In this document: piece after piece, positions 7,775-15,301 of the stretch | How positions within the stretch are numbered: position 1 is the stretch's first letter | Layout of the letters: the number at the start of each line of letters is the position of its first letter | From: an uncultured Eubacteriales bacterium | Lineage (GTDB): Bacteria; Bacillota; Clostridia; Christensenellales; Aristaeellaceae | Direction: 5' to 3' | Assembly: GCA_900320085.1 (NCBI GenBank) | Contig: ONRC01000005.1 | Location: 35,735-99,734, forward strand | DNA: 64,000 nt | Position numbers and translations under genes: made by a program | Notes under the pieces: model-generated | What the model was told of the DNA's origin: nothing | Seen by the model: only the letters and a program-made list of their open reading frames with translations | The model's database searches: none

Positions 7775-8359
7775 CTATTCTTCCGATATTTCGTCCAGCG
7801 TCATGGCGAAGCCGGGCACGCACTCCATCATGAAGTCCTGCACCTCGTCCAGGTCGATCTGATCCAGGGTCTTTTTCACGCTCTTGCGGGCGGACTCGAA
7901 TTCCTGGTTGCCGCTCTTGCGCTCCTCCAGGCACTTGATGTAAGCGCAGATGCGGTCGGCAGCCTTGACGATCTTCCAGGCGTCGGTGCTTTCGTCGTGG
8001 GCGATGAGGGGGGTGTAGTATTCCCGCAGATCGGGCGGCAGCATGGAAATCAGCTTCTGGGCGGCGATGTCCTCCAGCTTGTTGTATTCCGTTTTGATGG
8101 CGGGGTTGTGGTGCTTGATGGGGGTGGGCAGGTCGCCGGTGATGACCTCGCTGGCGTCGTGGTACATGGCCAGAGCCATGATGTATTCGGCGTCATAGCC
8201 CCGATTATAGCGCACGTTGCCCATCACGGCGATGGCATGGGCGATCATGGCGGTCTGAAGGGCGTGCTCCATGTCGTTTTCCGGCATGGTGTTGCGCATC
8301 AGGCCCCAGCGCTGGATGAACTTCATGCGGTTGATGTAAGCGAAAAAATGATGCTCCAT
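7775..8359 (-). CDS. yfbR: HD-domain 5'-deoxynucleotidase
   Basis: 194 aa, collinear with E. coli YfbR by eye: FFAYINRMKFIQRWGLMRN, MEHALQTAMIAHAIA, MYHDASEVITGDLPTPIK, ADRICAYIKCLEE. Confidence 0.85.
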   Translation of the reverse strand: MEHHFFAYINRMKFIQRWGLMRNTMPENDMEHALQTAMIAHAIAVMGNVRYNRGYDAEYIMALAMYHDASEVITGDLPTPIKHHNPAIKTEYNKLEDIAAQKLISMLPPDLREYYTPLIAHDESTDAWKIVKAADRICAYIKCLEERKSGNQEFESARKSVKKTLDQIDLDEVQDFMMECVPGFAMTLDEISEE

Positions 8360-8371
8360 GGCTGTATCTCC

Positions 8372-8399
8372 TTGACAGAAAAATCAAACGTGATATAAT
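8372..8399 (+). promoter_or_regulatory. Sigma-A type promoter for the TPP riboswitch/thiT
   Basis: TTGACA (8372-8377), 16 nt spacer, TATAAT (8394-8399), about 10 nt upstream of the riboswitch P1. Confidence 0.7.
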
Positions 8400-8404
8400 A
8401 AGGC

Positions 8405-8520
8405 CGTGCATCCGCTGGGGGCGCCGTCCGCAAAGATGGCTGAGACAGAACCCTTGGAACCTGTGTAGATCATCCTACCGTAGGGAAGCGGCGCGCGGCC
8501 TGAAAAGGCCTGCGTTTTAT
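8405..8520 (+). promoter_or_regulatory. TPP (THI-box) riboswitch with terminator-type expression platform
   Basis: CCGCUGGGGGCGCC...GGCUGAGACAGAACCCUUGGAACCUG...CUACCGUAGGGAAGCGG matches the THI-element conserved core (GGGG.GC, CUGAGA, ACCCUU.GAACCUG, GUAGGGAA). It is followed by GCGCGGCC-UGAAAA-GGCCUGCG-UUUU. The downstream gene is a ThiT-type transporter. Confidence 0.88.
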
Positions 8521-8593
8521 CCGTTTCCCACATGCGATATGGCATGTGGGTTTTTCATTTGAGGATGCAACAAAAGATAGGAGGCTGATATTC

Positions 8594-9313
8594 ATGGTAA
8601 CTCTTTGGGCGTCCGCCCTGGCCGAGGAAGCGGCGCAGGTCACGGAAGAAGTAACGGAAGCTGTGGCAGAAACGGCAGCGAAGGCCGACCCCACCTGGGC
8701 TCAGGAAGCGGTAGAAAAGTTTGCTGAAACCCCCGGTACGGTGTGGATCGCTCTGGGTGTGCTGGTGGCGCTGGGCGCCATTCTGCTGGCAATCGGTAAA
8801 ACCTCCAAAAAGTGGACGGCGAAAACTGTCGCTTTCGGCGCGCTGGCCATCGCCCTCTCCTTCGTGCTGTCCTGCATCCGGCTGTACCGTATGCCTCAGG
8901 GCGGCAGCGTGACCCCCGGTTCCATGCTGCCCCTGATGCTGTTCTCCGCGGCGTTTGGCGTTGGCCCCGGCCTGCTGGCGGGCCTGGCCTACGGCGTGCT
9001 GCAATATTTGCAGGGCGGCTGGTTTGCCAACGTGTGGCAGTTCGCGCTGGACTATCTGCTGGCCTTCGCAGCGTTGGGTCTGACAGGTGTGGCCAAGCAT
9101 CTGCCTGAAAAATGGGGCCTGTACTGCGCCATGGTCATCGCCGCCCTGTGCCGCGCCCTGTCCGCCACCCTGGCCGGCATCATGTTCTGGGACACCGCGC
9201 CCTGGGCCAGCCTGGTCTATAACGGCACCTACCTGATTCCCGACACCCTGATCTGCATTGTCCTGGCGATCCTGATCGCCAAGCCGGTGATGAAGGTGCT
9301 GAAAGCGAAGTAA
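8594..9313 (+). CDS. thiT: Thiamine ECF-transporter substrate-specific (S) component
   Basis: Multi-TM protein with the ThiT-like segment RLYRMPQGGSVTPGSMLPLMLFS, under a TPP riboswitch. ATG 8594 follows AGGAGG. It has a ~55 aa acidic/Ala-rich N-terminal extension, so the start is somewhat uncertain. Confidence 0.75.
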   Translation: MVTLWASALAEEAAQVTEEVTEAVAETAAKADPTWAQEAVEKFAETPGTVWIALGVLVALGAILLAIGKTSKKWTAKTVAFGALAIALSFVLSCIRLYRMPQGGSVTPGSMLPLMLFSAAFGVGPGLLAGLAYGVLQYLQGGWFANVWQFALDYLLAFAALGLTGVAKHLPEKWGLYCAMVIAALCRALSATLAGIMFWDTAPWASLVYNGTYLIPDTLICIVLAILIAKPVMKVLKAK

Positions 9314-9321
9314 GTGTTTTC

Positions 9322-9438
9322 AGGGATTAGGGAATAGGGATTAGGCATTAGATGAAAGTTTGCTATGCATTCGGCATCTTCATCTGATGCCTTTTCTTTT
9401 GTGTAATCCCTGACCCTAGTCCCTTTTCCCTAATCCCT
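9322..9438. repeat. Heptad-armed inverted repeat (unit AGGGATT/AGGGAAT) enclosing the thiT terminator
   Basis: Left arm is AGGGATT AGGGAAT AGGGATT AGGCATT (from 9322). Right arm is TAATCCC TGACCCT AGTCCCT TTTCCCT AATCCCT (9404-9438). The arms are largely complementary. Confidence 0.8.
9344..9400 (+). terminator. Intrinsic terminator of thiT
   Basis: GGCATTAGATGAAAG...CTTCATCTGATGCC stem (~14 bp, one G-U) followed by TTTTCTTTTG. Confidence 0.75.
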
Positions 9439-9440
9439 TT

Positions 9441-9713
9441 TTATCCCCTCTCCGCCGCGATCTCCGGGCTTTCCTCCAGCACGCGGTACATTTCAGCGGC
9501 GTTCTCCTTGCGCACGACCTCTTTCACATCGGTGATTTCGTATCGGCCCACCCGGTTGCCGAAGCGGATCTCCATGATGTCCCCTTCCTTGACCTCCGTC
9601 CCGGCCTTGCTGACCTTGCCGTTGATGGTCACGCGGCCGCCGTCGCAGGCCTCCTTCGCCACGGTGCGGCGCTTGATGATGCGGGAAACCTTCAGGTATT
9701 TATCAAGACGCAT
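9441..9713 (-). CDS. rqcP: S4-domain RNA-binding protein, YabO/RqcP (Hsp15-like)
   Basis: 90 aa: MRLDKYLKVSRIIKRRTVAKEACDGGRVTINGK is an S4 motif. AAGGAG RBS. It lies in a yabM-yabN-(hup)-yabO arrangement like the B. subtilis yab region. Confidence 0.8.
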   Translation of the reverse strand: MRLDKYLKVSRIIKRRTVAKEACDGGRVTINGKVSKAGTEVKEGDIMEIRFGNRVGRYEITDVKEVVRKENAAEMYRVLEESPEIAAERG

Positions 9714-9732
9714 GATGTAATACTCCTTTAAT

Positions 9733-10145
9733 AGTTCTAAGTTCCAAGTTCTAAGTTTCAAGCTTATCGTGTTCGCTTCTCTTGGTCACACCATAACAGC
9801 TTATACTGTTTGTCTTCTAAATAATTGAGTAAAGAAACCCCTAAGCCTTCCCCTTGAGGGGAAGGTGCGCCGCGCGGAACCGACTGCATTGAAAGCATCG
9901 GGCATTTTCGCGCGGCTCGGATGAGGTGATTTGCAGGGATGCAGTCAAGAAACTAAAACGAATGCCAACATCACCTCAGAACGCTTCGCTACGCCTTCGG
10001 CCGCAGTCAGGCGCGAATGAACTTGATTTCTTTATCCAGCTTGGTTCCGCGCCTGACAGCTTCCCCTCAAGGGGAAGCCTTCTGGTTGGTATTCTTATTC
10101 AATGGTTTAGAAGATAAACAGTATTAGAACTTATAACTTAGAACT
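9733..10145. repeat. Three-layer nested palindromic element (heptad arms, 40-nt inverted repeat, family-B multi-hairpin core)
   Basis: Outer arms are AGTTCTA AGTTCCA AGTTCTA AGTTTCA (9733-9760) versus TAGAACT TATAACT TAGAACT (10125-10145). Inner inverted repeat is 9801-9838 versus 10088-10127. The core 9846-10079 is homologous in inverted orientation to 14993-15198. Confidence 0.85.
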
Positions 10146-10178
10146 GAAATAATGAAAGCCGTGCCCGAAGGCACGGCT
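10145..10178 (-). terminator. Intrinsic terminator of hup
   Basis: Minus strand AGCCGTGCC-TTCG-GGCACGGCT followed by TTCATTATTTC, 16 nt after the hup stop. Confidence 0.8.
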
Positions 10179-10193
10179 GAAAGGAAAACCGAA

Positions 10194-10466
10194 TTAGTTG
10201 AGGCTGTCCTTCAGGGCTTTGCCGACCTTGAAAGCAGCGGTCTTGCTGGCTTCGATTTCGATGGCTTCGCCGGTGCGGGGATTGCGGGCGCTGCGGGCGG
10301 GGCGTTCCTTGGCTTCGAAGGTGCCAAAGCCGACCAGCTGCACTTTGTCGCCAGCCTTCAGGGTTTCGGTAACCACGTCCACAAAAGCGGACAGGGCCTT
10401 TTCAGCGTCCTTCTTGGACAGTTCAGCTTTCTGAGCCAGAGCGGCGACCAATTCAGATTTGTTCAT
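10194..10466 (-). CDS. hup: HU-family nucleoid DNA-binding protein
   Basis: 90 aa MNKSELVAALAQKAELSKKDAEKALSAFVDVVTETLKAGDKVQLVGFGTFEAKERPARSARNPRTGEAIEI is a canonical HU sequence. GGAGG RBS. Confidence 0.95.
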   Translation of the reverse strand: MNKSELVAALAQKAELSKKDAEKALSAFVDVVTETLKAGDKVQLVGFGTFEAKERPARSARNPRTGEAIEIEASKTAAFKVGKALKDSLN

Positions 10467-10515
10467 GAGTAAAACCTCCACTCAACTTAAAATGTGCTGA
10501 ACACCCGATAATGCC

Positions 10516-11958
10516 TTAGGTTTGCGGGTGTTTTTTGCTACTCTCCCAGTATACATCCATTTCTGATAATGTCAAGTCCTGAAAGCGTTTTCCTTCGCGT
10601 AAAATCGCATTTTCCATGGAAGAAAAGCGGGATATGAACTTTTCAGTGGCTTTTTGGAGGGCGCTTTCCGCATCCACCCCGGCAAGGCGGGCCAGATTGA
10701 CGCAGGCAAAGAACAAATCCCCCAACTCCATTTCCAGGTTTTCACTTTTCGTATCCAGTTCGGACAGCACTTCGTCCGCTTCCTCGTGCACTTTTTTCAG
10801 GGCGTCCCGGGGATCAAGCCAATCAAAGCCCACGTCCCGGGCTTTCTTTTGCACCTTGGCGGCGCGCATCAGCGGCGGCAGGCCCGGCGACACGCCCCTC
10901 AGCACGTCGGTCTGGGTCTTGTAGCCCCGCTCTTCCTTCTTGATTTTTTCCCAGTTGGCCAGCACGTCGTCGGCGGTTTCGCAGTGATCGGAGCCGAAGA
11001 TGTGCCGGTGCCGCTCGATCATTTTGCGGCAGATGTGGGTGGTGATGTCGGAGAGCTCGAAGGTGCCGTACTGCCTGCCGATATTCGCCTGGAACACGAC
11101 TTGCAGCAGCACGTCTCCCAGTTCGTCCGCCACGTGGTCCCAGTCCTCCTCGGACACGGCGGCGGCGGTTTCGTAGGCTTCCTCCACCAGGTACTTTTTC
11201 AGGGTCTCGTGGGTCTGCTCCTTGTCCCAGGGGCAGCCGTCCTCCCCCCGCAGAATATCCATCACCCGCACCAGGTCATAGAAATCAAAGCGTTTGCGTT
11301 CCGTTAAACCCACGGGCGGCAGCAGCACAGCGCAGGTGTGGTCGTACTTTTGCTGGCGGTCGATGTCGGACAGGGGCATCTCCTTGAACGTTCTGACCGG
11401 CTGATCGCTGGGCGGGAAGAACAGGGCGGGCTGATCAGCGTCGTACCAGGACAGCAATTGCAGTTTGCATTCTCCCGCCAGCATCCGGGAATCGACTTCC
11501 AGGATCAGCAGCGGATTCTGGGTGGACGTGATTTCCAGGCTGCTGGCTGTCTGGATTTCGATTTTGCTTTGCACCGGAGCCGCCGCCAGGAACGGCGCGG
11601 ACAGCGGCACGCCGGGCACTACCACAGCCTCCGGGGCCTTCGCCCGCAGCGCGGCCACGGTTTCATCCGCCGCCGCGTCGAATACCCCGTAGCACAGCGG
11701 TTTTTCCTCCGCCTTTTCCAACAGGTATTGCACCGCCCGCTCGGTCAGCTCGTCAAAGTCCTCGCATTCCTCATGGAGGAAATCCAGCGTCTCAAATTGC
11801 ACCCCGATCTCCCGCAGGTAATCCGCCGCGTCGCAGCGCAGGGAGGTTCTCAGGATCACCCACTCCGCCTTTTTCAGCGCGTCGATTGCCCCCAAGGTCA
11901 GGTATTCCCGAGGCCCGGGGCCCAGGGATACCACCGTGATTTTGCTTTTGTCCGTCAT
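10516..11958 (-). CDS. mazG: Tetrapyrrole-methylase-like domain fused to MazG nucleoside triphosphate pyrophosphohydrolase (YabN type)
   Basis: N-terminal ITVVSLGPGPREYLTLGAIDALK. The C-terminal MazG repeats include CPWDKEQTHETLKKYLVEEAYE, ELGDVLLQVVF and EELGDLFFACVNLAR. ATGA overlap with the upstream flippase gene. Confidence 0.85.
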   Translation of the reverse strand: MTDKSKITVVSLGPGPREYLTLGAIDALKKAEWVILRTSLRCDAADYLREIGVQFETLDFLHEECEDFDELTERAVQYLLEKAEEKPLCYGVFDAAADETVAALRAKAPEAVVVPGVPLSAPFLAAAPVQSKIEIQTASSLEITSTQNPLLILEVDSRMLAGECKLQLLSWYDADQPALFFPPSDQPVRTFKEMPLSDIDRQQKYDHTCAVLLPPVGLTERKRFDFYDLVRVMDILRGEDGCPWDKEQTHETLKKYLVEEAYETAAAVSEEDWDHVADELGDVLLQVVFQANIGRQYGTFELSDITTHICRKMIERHRHIFGSDHCETADDVLANWEKIKKEERGYKTQTDVLRGVSPGLPPLMRAAKVQKKARDVGFDWLDPRDALKKVHEEADEVLSELDTKSENLEMELGDLFFACVNLARLAGVDAESALQKATEKFISRFSSMENAILREGKRFQDLTLSEMDVYWESSKKHPQT

Positions 11959-13556
11959 TTGATGAACCTCCTGATTTTCGTGGGCAGGTCCTCTTTGTCC
12001 ACCGCTTTCGTTTTCAGCGCCAGGAAGCCGTATACCAGCACGCCCACGATCAGGCACAGGATGATCCCCGCCGTGAGCTTAAACCCGTTCAGATGCCCCG
12101 GATACCCGAAGCCCAGCGTCCATATCGCATACACACATACGCCCATCACCGCCGCGCAGCCAAAGGGCTTCACCACCACGCCCACCATGTTGAAACGATA
12201 GCCGGTATACTTGGATACGAAGTACAGGTTGGGGATCATGCTGGCCGTGTAGCACAGCAGCGAGGCCCAGGGCGCGCCGTGAATGTCCACGCCGGGGATG
12301 CGGACGAGGGTGTAGTTCAGGGCGATTTTCAGCGCCACGCCCAGCACCAGGGTATACATGGGGATGCGCTGCTTGCCTGCGCCCTGCAAAATGCCGCTGG
12401 TGGCCTGCACCATGGTGAAGAGCACAATGGTCAGGCTGGAAATGCGGAGCAATTCAGCGGCAACATCCAATTGGGCGGCCGTGTAGCTGCCCCGGTAGCA
12501 CAGGTACAGAATGGGCTGGGCCAGCAGGCTCATGCCGATGGAGCAGGGAAAGCCGATCACCGCCGCCATCCTCAGGCCCACGCCTGCCTCCTTGGCGACG
12601 TATTCCTTTTCGCCCCGGGCCAGCCCCGCGGCGATGTCGGGCACCAGGTTGGTGCTCATGGCCATGGCAATGGCGGTCGGCACATTGATCAGCGTCAGCA
12701 CCGGCCCGGCATAGGAGCCATAGCGCACCAGCGCGTCCTCCGCCGTCATGCCCGCGCCCTCCATGAGCTGGGTCAGCATGATGCTGTCAATGAACCCCGC
12801 CAGGGGCACGATGCAGGCCCCGAGCGTGATGGGGATGGCGACGCGGATCAGCCGCTGGGCGATGATGCTGCTTTGAATGGGCGATTCTCCGTCCCGCTGG
12901 GGGACAAAATCCAGGGCCTGGTCGGCCTTCTTATGCTGGAGCAGCATATACAGCAGCGCCGCGCCTTCGGCGATGGTGCCCCCCAGCAGGGCGCCTGCCG
13001 CGCCCAGCGCCACGCCGCCCCGCCGCATGCCGAAATACGCAAACGGGAGCGCGATGAACACCCGGCCGATCTGCTCGATCAGCTGGCTCACCGCCGTGGG
13101 CACCATGTTCCTTTGTCCCTGCAAAAAGCCGCGGTAGGCGCTCATAACGCACACAAAGAATAGGCTGGGCGCAATGGCCATATAGCCCGCTTTGGTTTCC
13201 GCCGTGCCTTGCCAGGCCGCCAATTGTCCGGAAAACACCAGCATCAGCATCGTCGTCAGCAAGCCCAGCACCAGCAGCATCCGCATGGCCATGGTGAAAA
13301 TACGCCGGGCGTTGCGCGGGTCCTCCCGAGTCACATAATGGGCCACCATGCGGGAAATCGCCACCGGCAGGCCGGCGGAAGAAATGGTGAGCAGCAGGTT
13401 ATAGGCGGGGTACACCTTGTGGTACACGCCCATGCCCTCCGGCCCGATCAGATGGGCCAGGGGGATACGGTACAAAACGCCCACTACCTTGCAGATGATG
13501 CCCGCGATGCCCAGGATGGACACCCCGCCGACCAAAGTTTTTTGTTTCTGGGTCAT
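11955..13556 (-). CDS. MOP-superfamily polysaccharide/lipid II flippase (YabM/SpoVB/MurJ-like)
   Basis: 533 aa with ~14 TM segments. N-terminus ILGIAGIICKVVGVLYRIPLAHLIGPEGMGVY is typical of the family. Syntenic with yabN. The start is taken at ATG 13556, because the longer ORF start lies inside a repeat element. Confidence 0.8.
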   Translation of the reverse strand: MTQKQKTLVGGVSILGIAGIICKVVGVLYRIPLAHLIGPEGMGVYHKVYPAYNLLLTISSAGLPVAISRMVAHYVTREDPRNARRIFTMAMRMLLVLGLLTTMLMLVFSGQLAAWQGTAETKAGYMAIAPSLFFVCVMSAYRGFLQGQRNMVPTAVSQLIEQIGRVFIALPFAYFGMRRGGVALGAAGALLGGTIAEGAALLYMLLQHKKADQALDFVPQRDGESPIQSSIIAQRLIRVAIPITLGACIVPLAGFIDSIMLTQLMEGAGMTAEDALVRYGSYAGPVLTLINVPTAIAMAMSTNLVPDIAAGLARGEKEYVAKEAGVGLRMAAVIGFPCSIGMSLLAQPILYLCYRGSYTAAQLDVAAELLRISSLTIVLFTMVQATSGILQGAGKQRIPMYTLVLGVALKIALNYTLVRIPGVDIHGAPWASLLCYTASMIPNLYFVSKYTGYRFNMVGVVVKPFGCAAVMGVCVYAIWTLGFGYPGHLNGFKLTAGIILCLIVGVLVYGFLALKTKAVDKEDLPTKIRRFIK

Positions 13557-13566
13557 ACTTTTTTGT

Positions 13567-13669
13567 AGGGGAAACCGCTCTTTGGACAACCTCATCCGGC
13601 CCTGTGGGCCACCTTCCCCTCATAGGGGAAGGCTAAAAACGGTTTTCCCCACACCCCTTTCCGAGAAAG
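13567..13669 (-). repeat. Family-C palindromic element, copy C1 (inverted orientation)
   Basis: The reverse complement reads TTTCTCGGAAAGGGGTGTGGGGAAAACCG...GGATGAGGTTGTCCAAAGAGCGGTTTCCCC, with an internal CCTTCCCCT-ATG-AGGGGAAGG hairpin. Homologous to 18634-18760, 29263-29323 and 40648-40814. Confidence 0.8.
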
Positions 13670-13680
13670 CTGTAAAAACG

Positions 13681-14898
13681 TTAATGAGCTTTATTGATGG
13701 CGTCAATGCGCTGGCTCAGCGTCGGATGGGAATACTCCAGCTTCACCAGCAGGGGATGGGGCGAAAGGTCTGCAAAGTTTTCTTTGGCCAGCTTTTTGAG
13801 GCCGCTGATCAGCGCGTTCCCATAGCCCTCCTTCACCGCCTGGGCGTCGGCCCGGTATTCGGCCCGGCGGGAATGCCAGTTCACCGCCAGCCCGAACAGC
13901 GGCGCGATCAGGGCAAATTCCACGCTCATGATGAGGATCAGGGCAAAGCCATAGTTCACCCTATCAAATCCGAAGGCCTGGAAAATATCCGGCGTGCGCA
14001 GGGTCAGCCAGGCCAGCACGCCTAAAATCAGCATCTGCACAAAGGTCAGTATTTGATTTTTCAGCGTGTCTTTATGCAGGCCGTGGCCCATTTCATGGGC
14101 GAACACCGCGCAGATTTCGTCCGCCGTCATGCTCTGCACCAGGGTGTCGTAGAGCACGATGGTTTTCATTTTGCCAAAGCCGGAGAAATAGGCGTTGGAC
14201 TTGGTGGAGCGCTTGGAGGCGTCCATCACCTGAATGGCCCGCACCTTATAGCCGTTCTTTTCCAGCAGGGCGGTGATGCGGTCCTTCAGCTCACCGTCCT
14301 CCAGCGGGGTGAATTTATTGAAGATTTTGCTGAAAAAGGGATAAAGGAAGGAGAAAAACAGCATCACCGCTGTCATGCCCCCGGCGAAAGCCAGAATCAG
14401 CCAGTCGCCCAGCCATTGATGCGCCGCCATGAGCAGCCAGCCGATAAACGTCATGAAGCCCAGGCCGATGAGAAACTGTTTGACCTGATCCAGCCAGAAG
14501 GTTTTCTTGCTGGTGCGGTTGAAGCCATACTTTTCCTCAATCCGCATCGTGTCGTAATACCGCGTGGGAAGCAGGAAAACATCGGTCAATGCGGAGAGCA
14601 GCAGTACCGCGAACAGCTGCTGAACCGTATTGTCAGAGAACAGCCGTGCAAAGGCGGCGTATAGATTAAACACCAGCAGGCAAACCTCCACCAGGAAGGA
14701 AACCGTGCTTTCCACGACGGACAGGCGGCTCTTTTCCCCGTTGTAAGCCTTCCACTTCTGGTAGGTTTCCCCGTCGTACACATCGGAAACATTCGCCGGG
14801 ATGGGGTTCTTCGCGCTGCGCGCCTTGAGCAGGTTCAGAAACAGATTCCATAAGTACACCACGAACAAAATGACCAGGGCAATCGCTTTGAAATTCAT
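13681..14898 (-). CDS. M48-family (Ste24/HtpX-like) membrane zinc metallopeptidase
   Basis: 405 aa, multi-TM, HEMGH zinc motif (VFAHEMGHGLHKD) and C-terminal HPLLVKLEYSHPTLSQRI. Confidence 0.85.
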   Translation of the reverse strand: MNFKAIALVILFVVYLWNLFLNLLKARSAKNPIPANVSDVYDGETYQKWKAYNGEKSRLSVVESTVSFLVEVCLLVFNLYAAFARLFSDNTVQQLFAVLLLSALTDVFLLPTRYYDTMRIEEKYGFNRTSKKTFWLDQVKQFLIGLGFMTFIGWLLMAAHQWLGDWLILAFAGGMTAVMLFFSFLYPFFSKIFNKFTPLEDGELKDRITALLEKNGYKVRAIQVMDASKRSTKSNAYFSGFGKMKTIVLYDTLVQSMTADEICAVFAHEMGHGLHKDTLKNQILTFVQMLILGVLAWLTLRTPDIFQAFGFDRVNYGFALILIMSVEFALIAPLFGLAVNWHSRRAEYRADAQAVKEGYGNALISGLKKLAKENFADLSPHPLLVKLEYSHPTLSQRIDAINKAH

Positions 14899-14992
14899 GG
14901 GTGCTTTCCTCTCTAAATTCTTATTGGTGCGATGGATGATATAATGGAAATCTTCAATTCACAAACACAAGTAAGAAAAGCGTCTTCAAAAG

Positions 14993-15285
14993 CCTTCCCC
15001 TCGCAGGGGAAGGTGTCAGGCGCGGAAACAAGATGGAAAGCGTGATCAAGATAATCCGCGCCTGACGGATGAGGCGCTCCCCCAGTTACATGCTCACATA
15101 TTGCCGGGTGAGTTCACCTCATCCGAGCCGCGCGAACTATCTTGACTTCTTTTTCCTACTTTGTTCCGCGCGGCCCACCTTCCCCTGCGAGGGGAAGGCT
15201 TTTGGAAAACCTTTTACTGCTTTAAAGTTCCCTTTCTCAAACTCCTCTTTACAACCAAATGGGCCTTCCCCAAAGCGGGGAAGGC
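14993..15285. repeat. Family-B multi-hairpin element (five consecutive hairpins) plus one extra CCTTCCCC hairpin
   Basis: Hairpins: CCTTCCCCT-CGC-AGGGGAAGG, TCAGGCGCGGA...TCCGCGCCTGA, CGGATGAGG...CCTCATCCG, GCCGCGCGAA...TTCCGCGCGGC, CCTTCCCCT-GCG-AGGGGAAGG, then CCTTCCCC-AAAGC-GGGGAAGG at 15264-15285. Confidence 0.85.
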
Positions 15286-15301
15286 TTTATGGTGCCGTGA
15301 A

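Noticed and set aside
8594-8760. The acidic Ala/Glu-rich ~55-aa N-terminal extension of ThiT as a separate domain or a mis-called start.
   Set aside because: ATG 8594 has the only good RBS (AGGAGG) downstream of the riboswitch terminator, and no in-frame start closer to TM1 has one. Without homolog alignment the extension cannot be judged, so it is not raised as a finding.
9322-9356. Resemblance of the AGGGATT/TTAGGGA heptads to eukaryotic telomere repeats (TTAGGG/TTTAGGG).
   Set aside because: There are only four to five units. They are internal to a chromosome and paired with a complementary arm. Three other loci use unrelated heptads, so the telomere likeness is coincidental.
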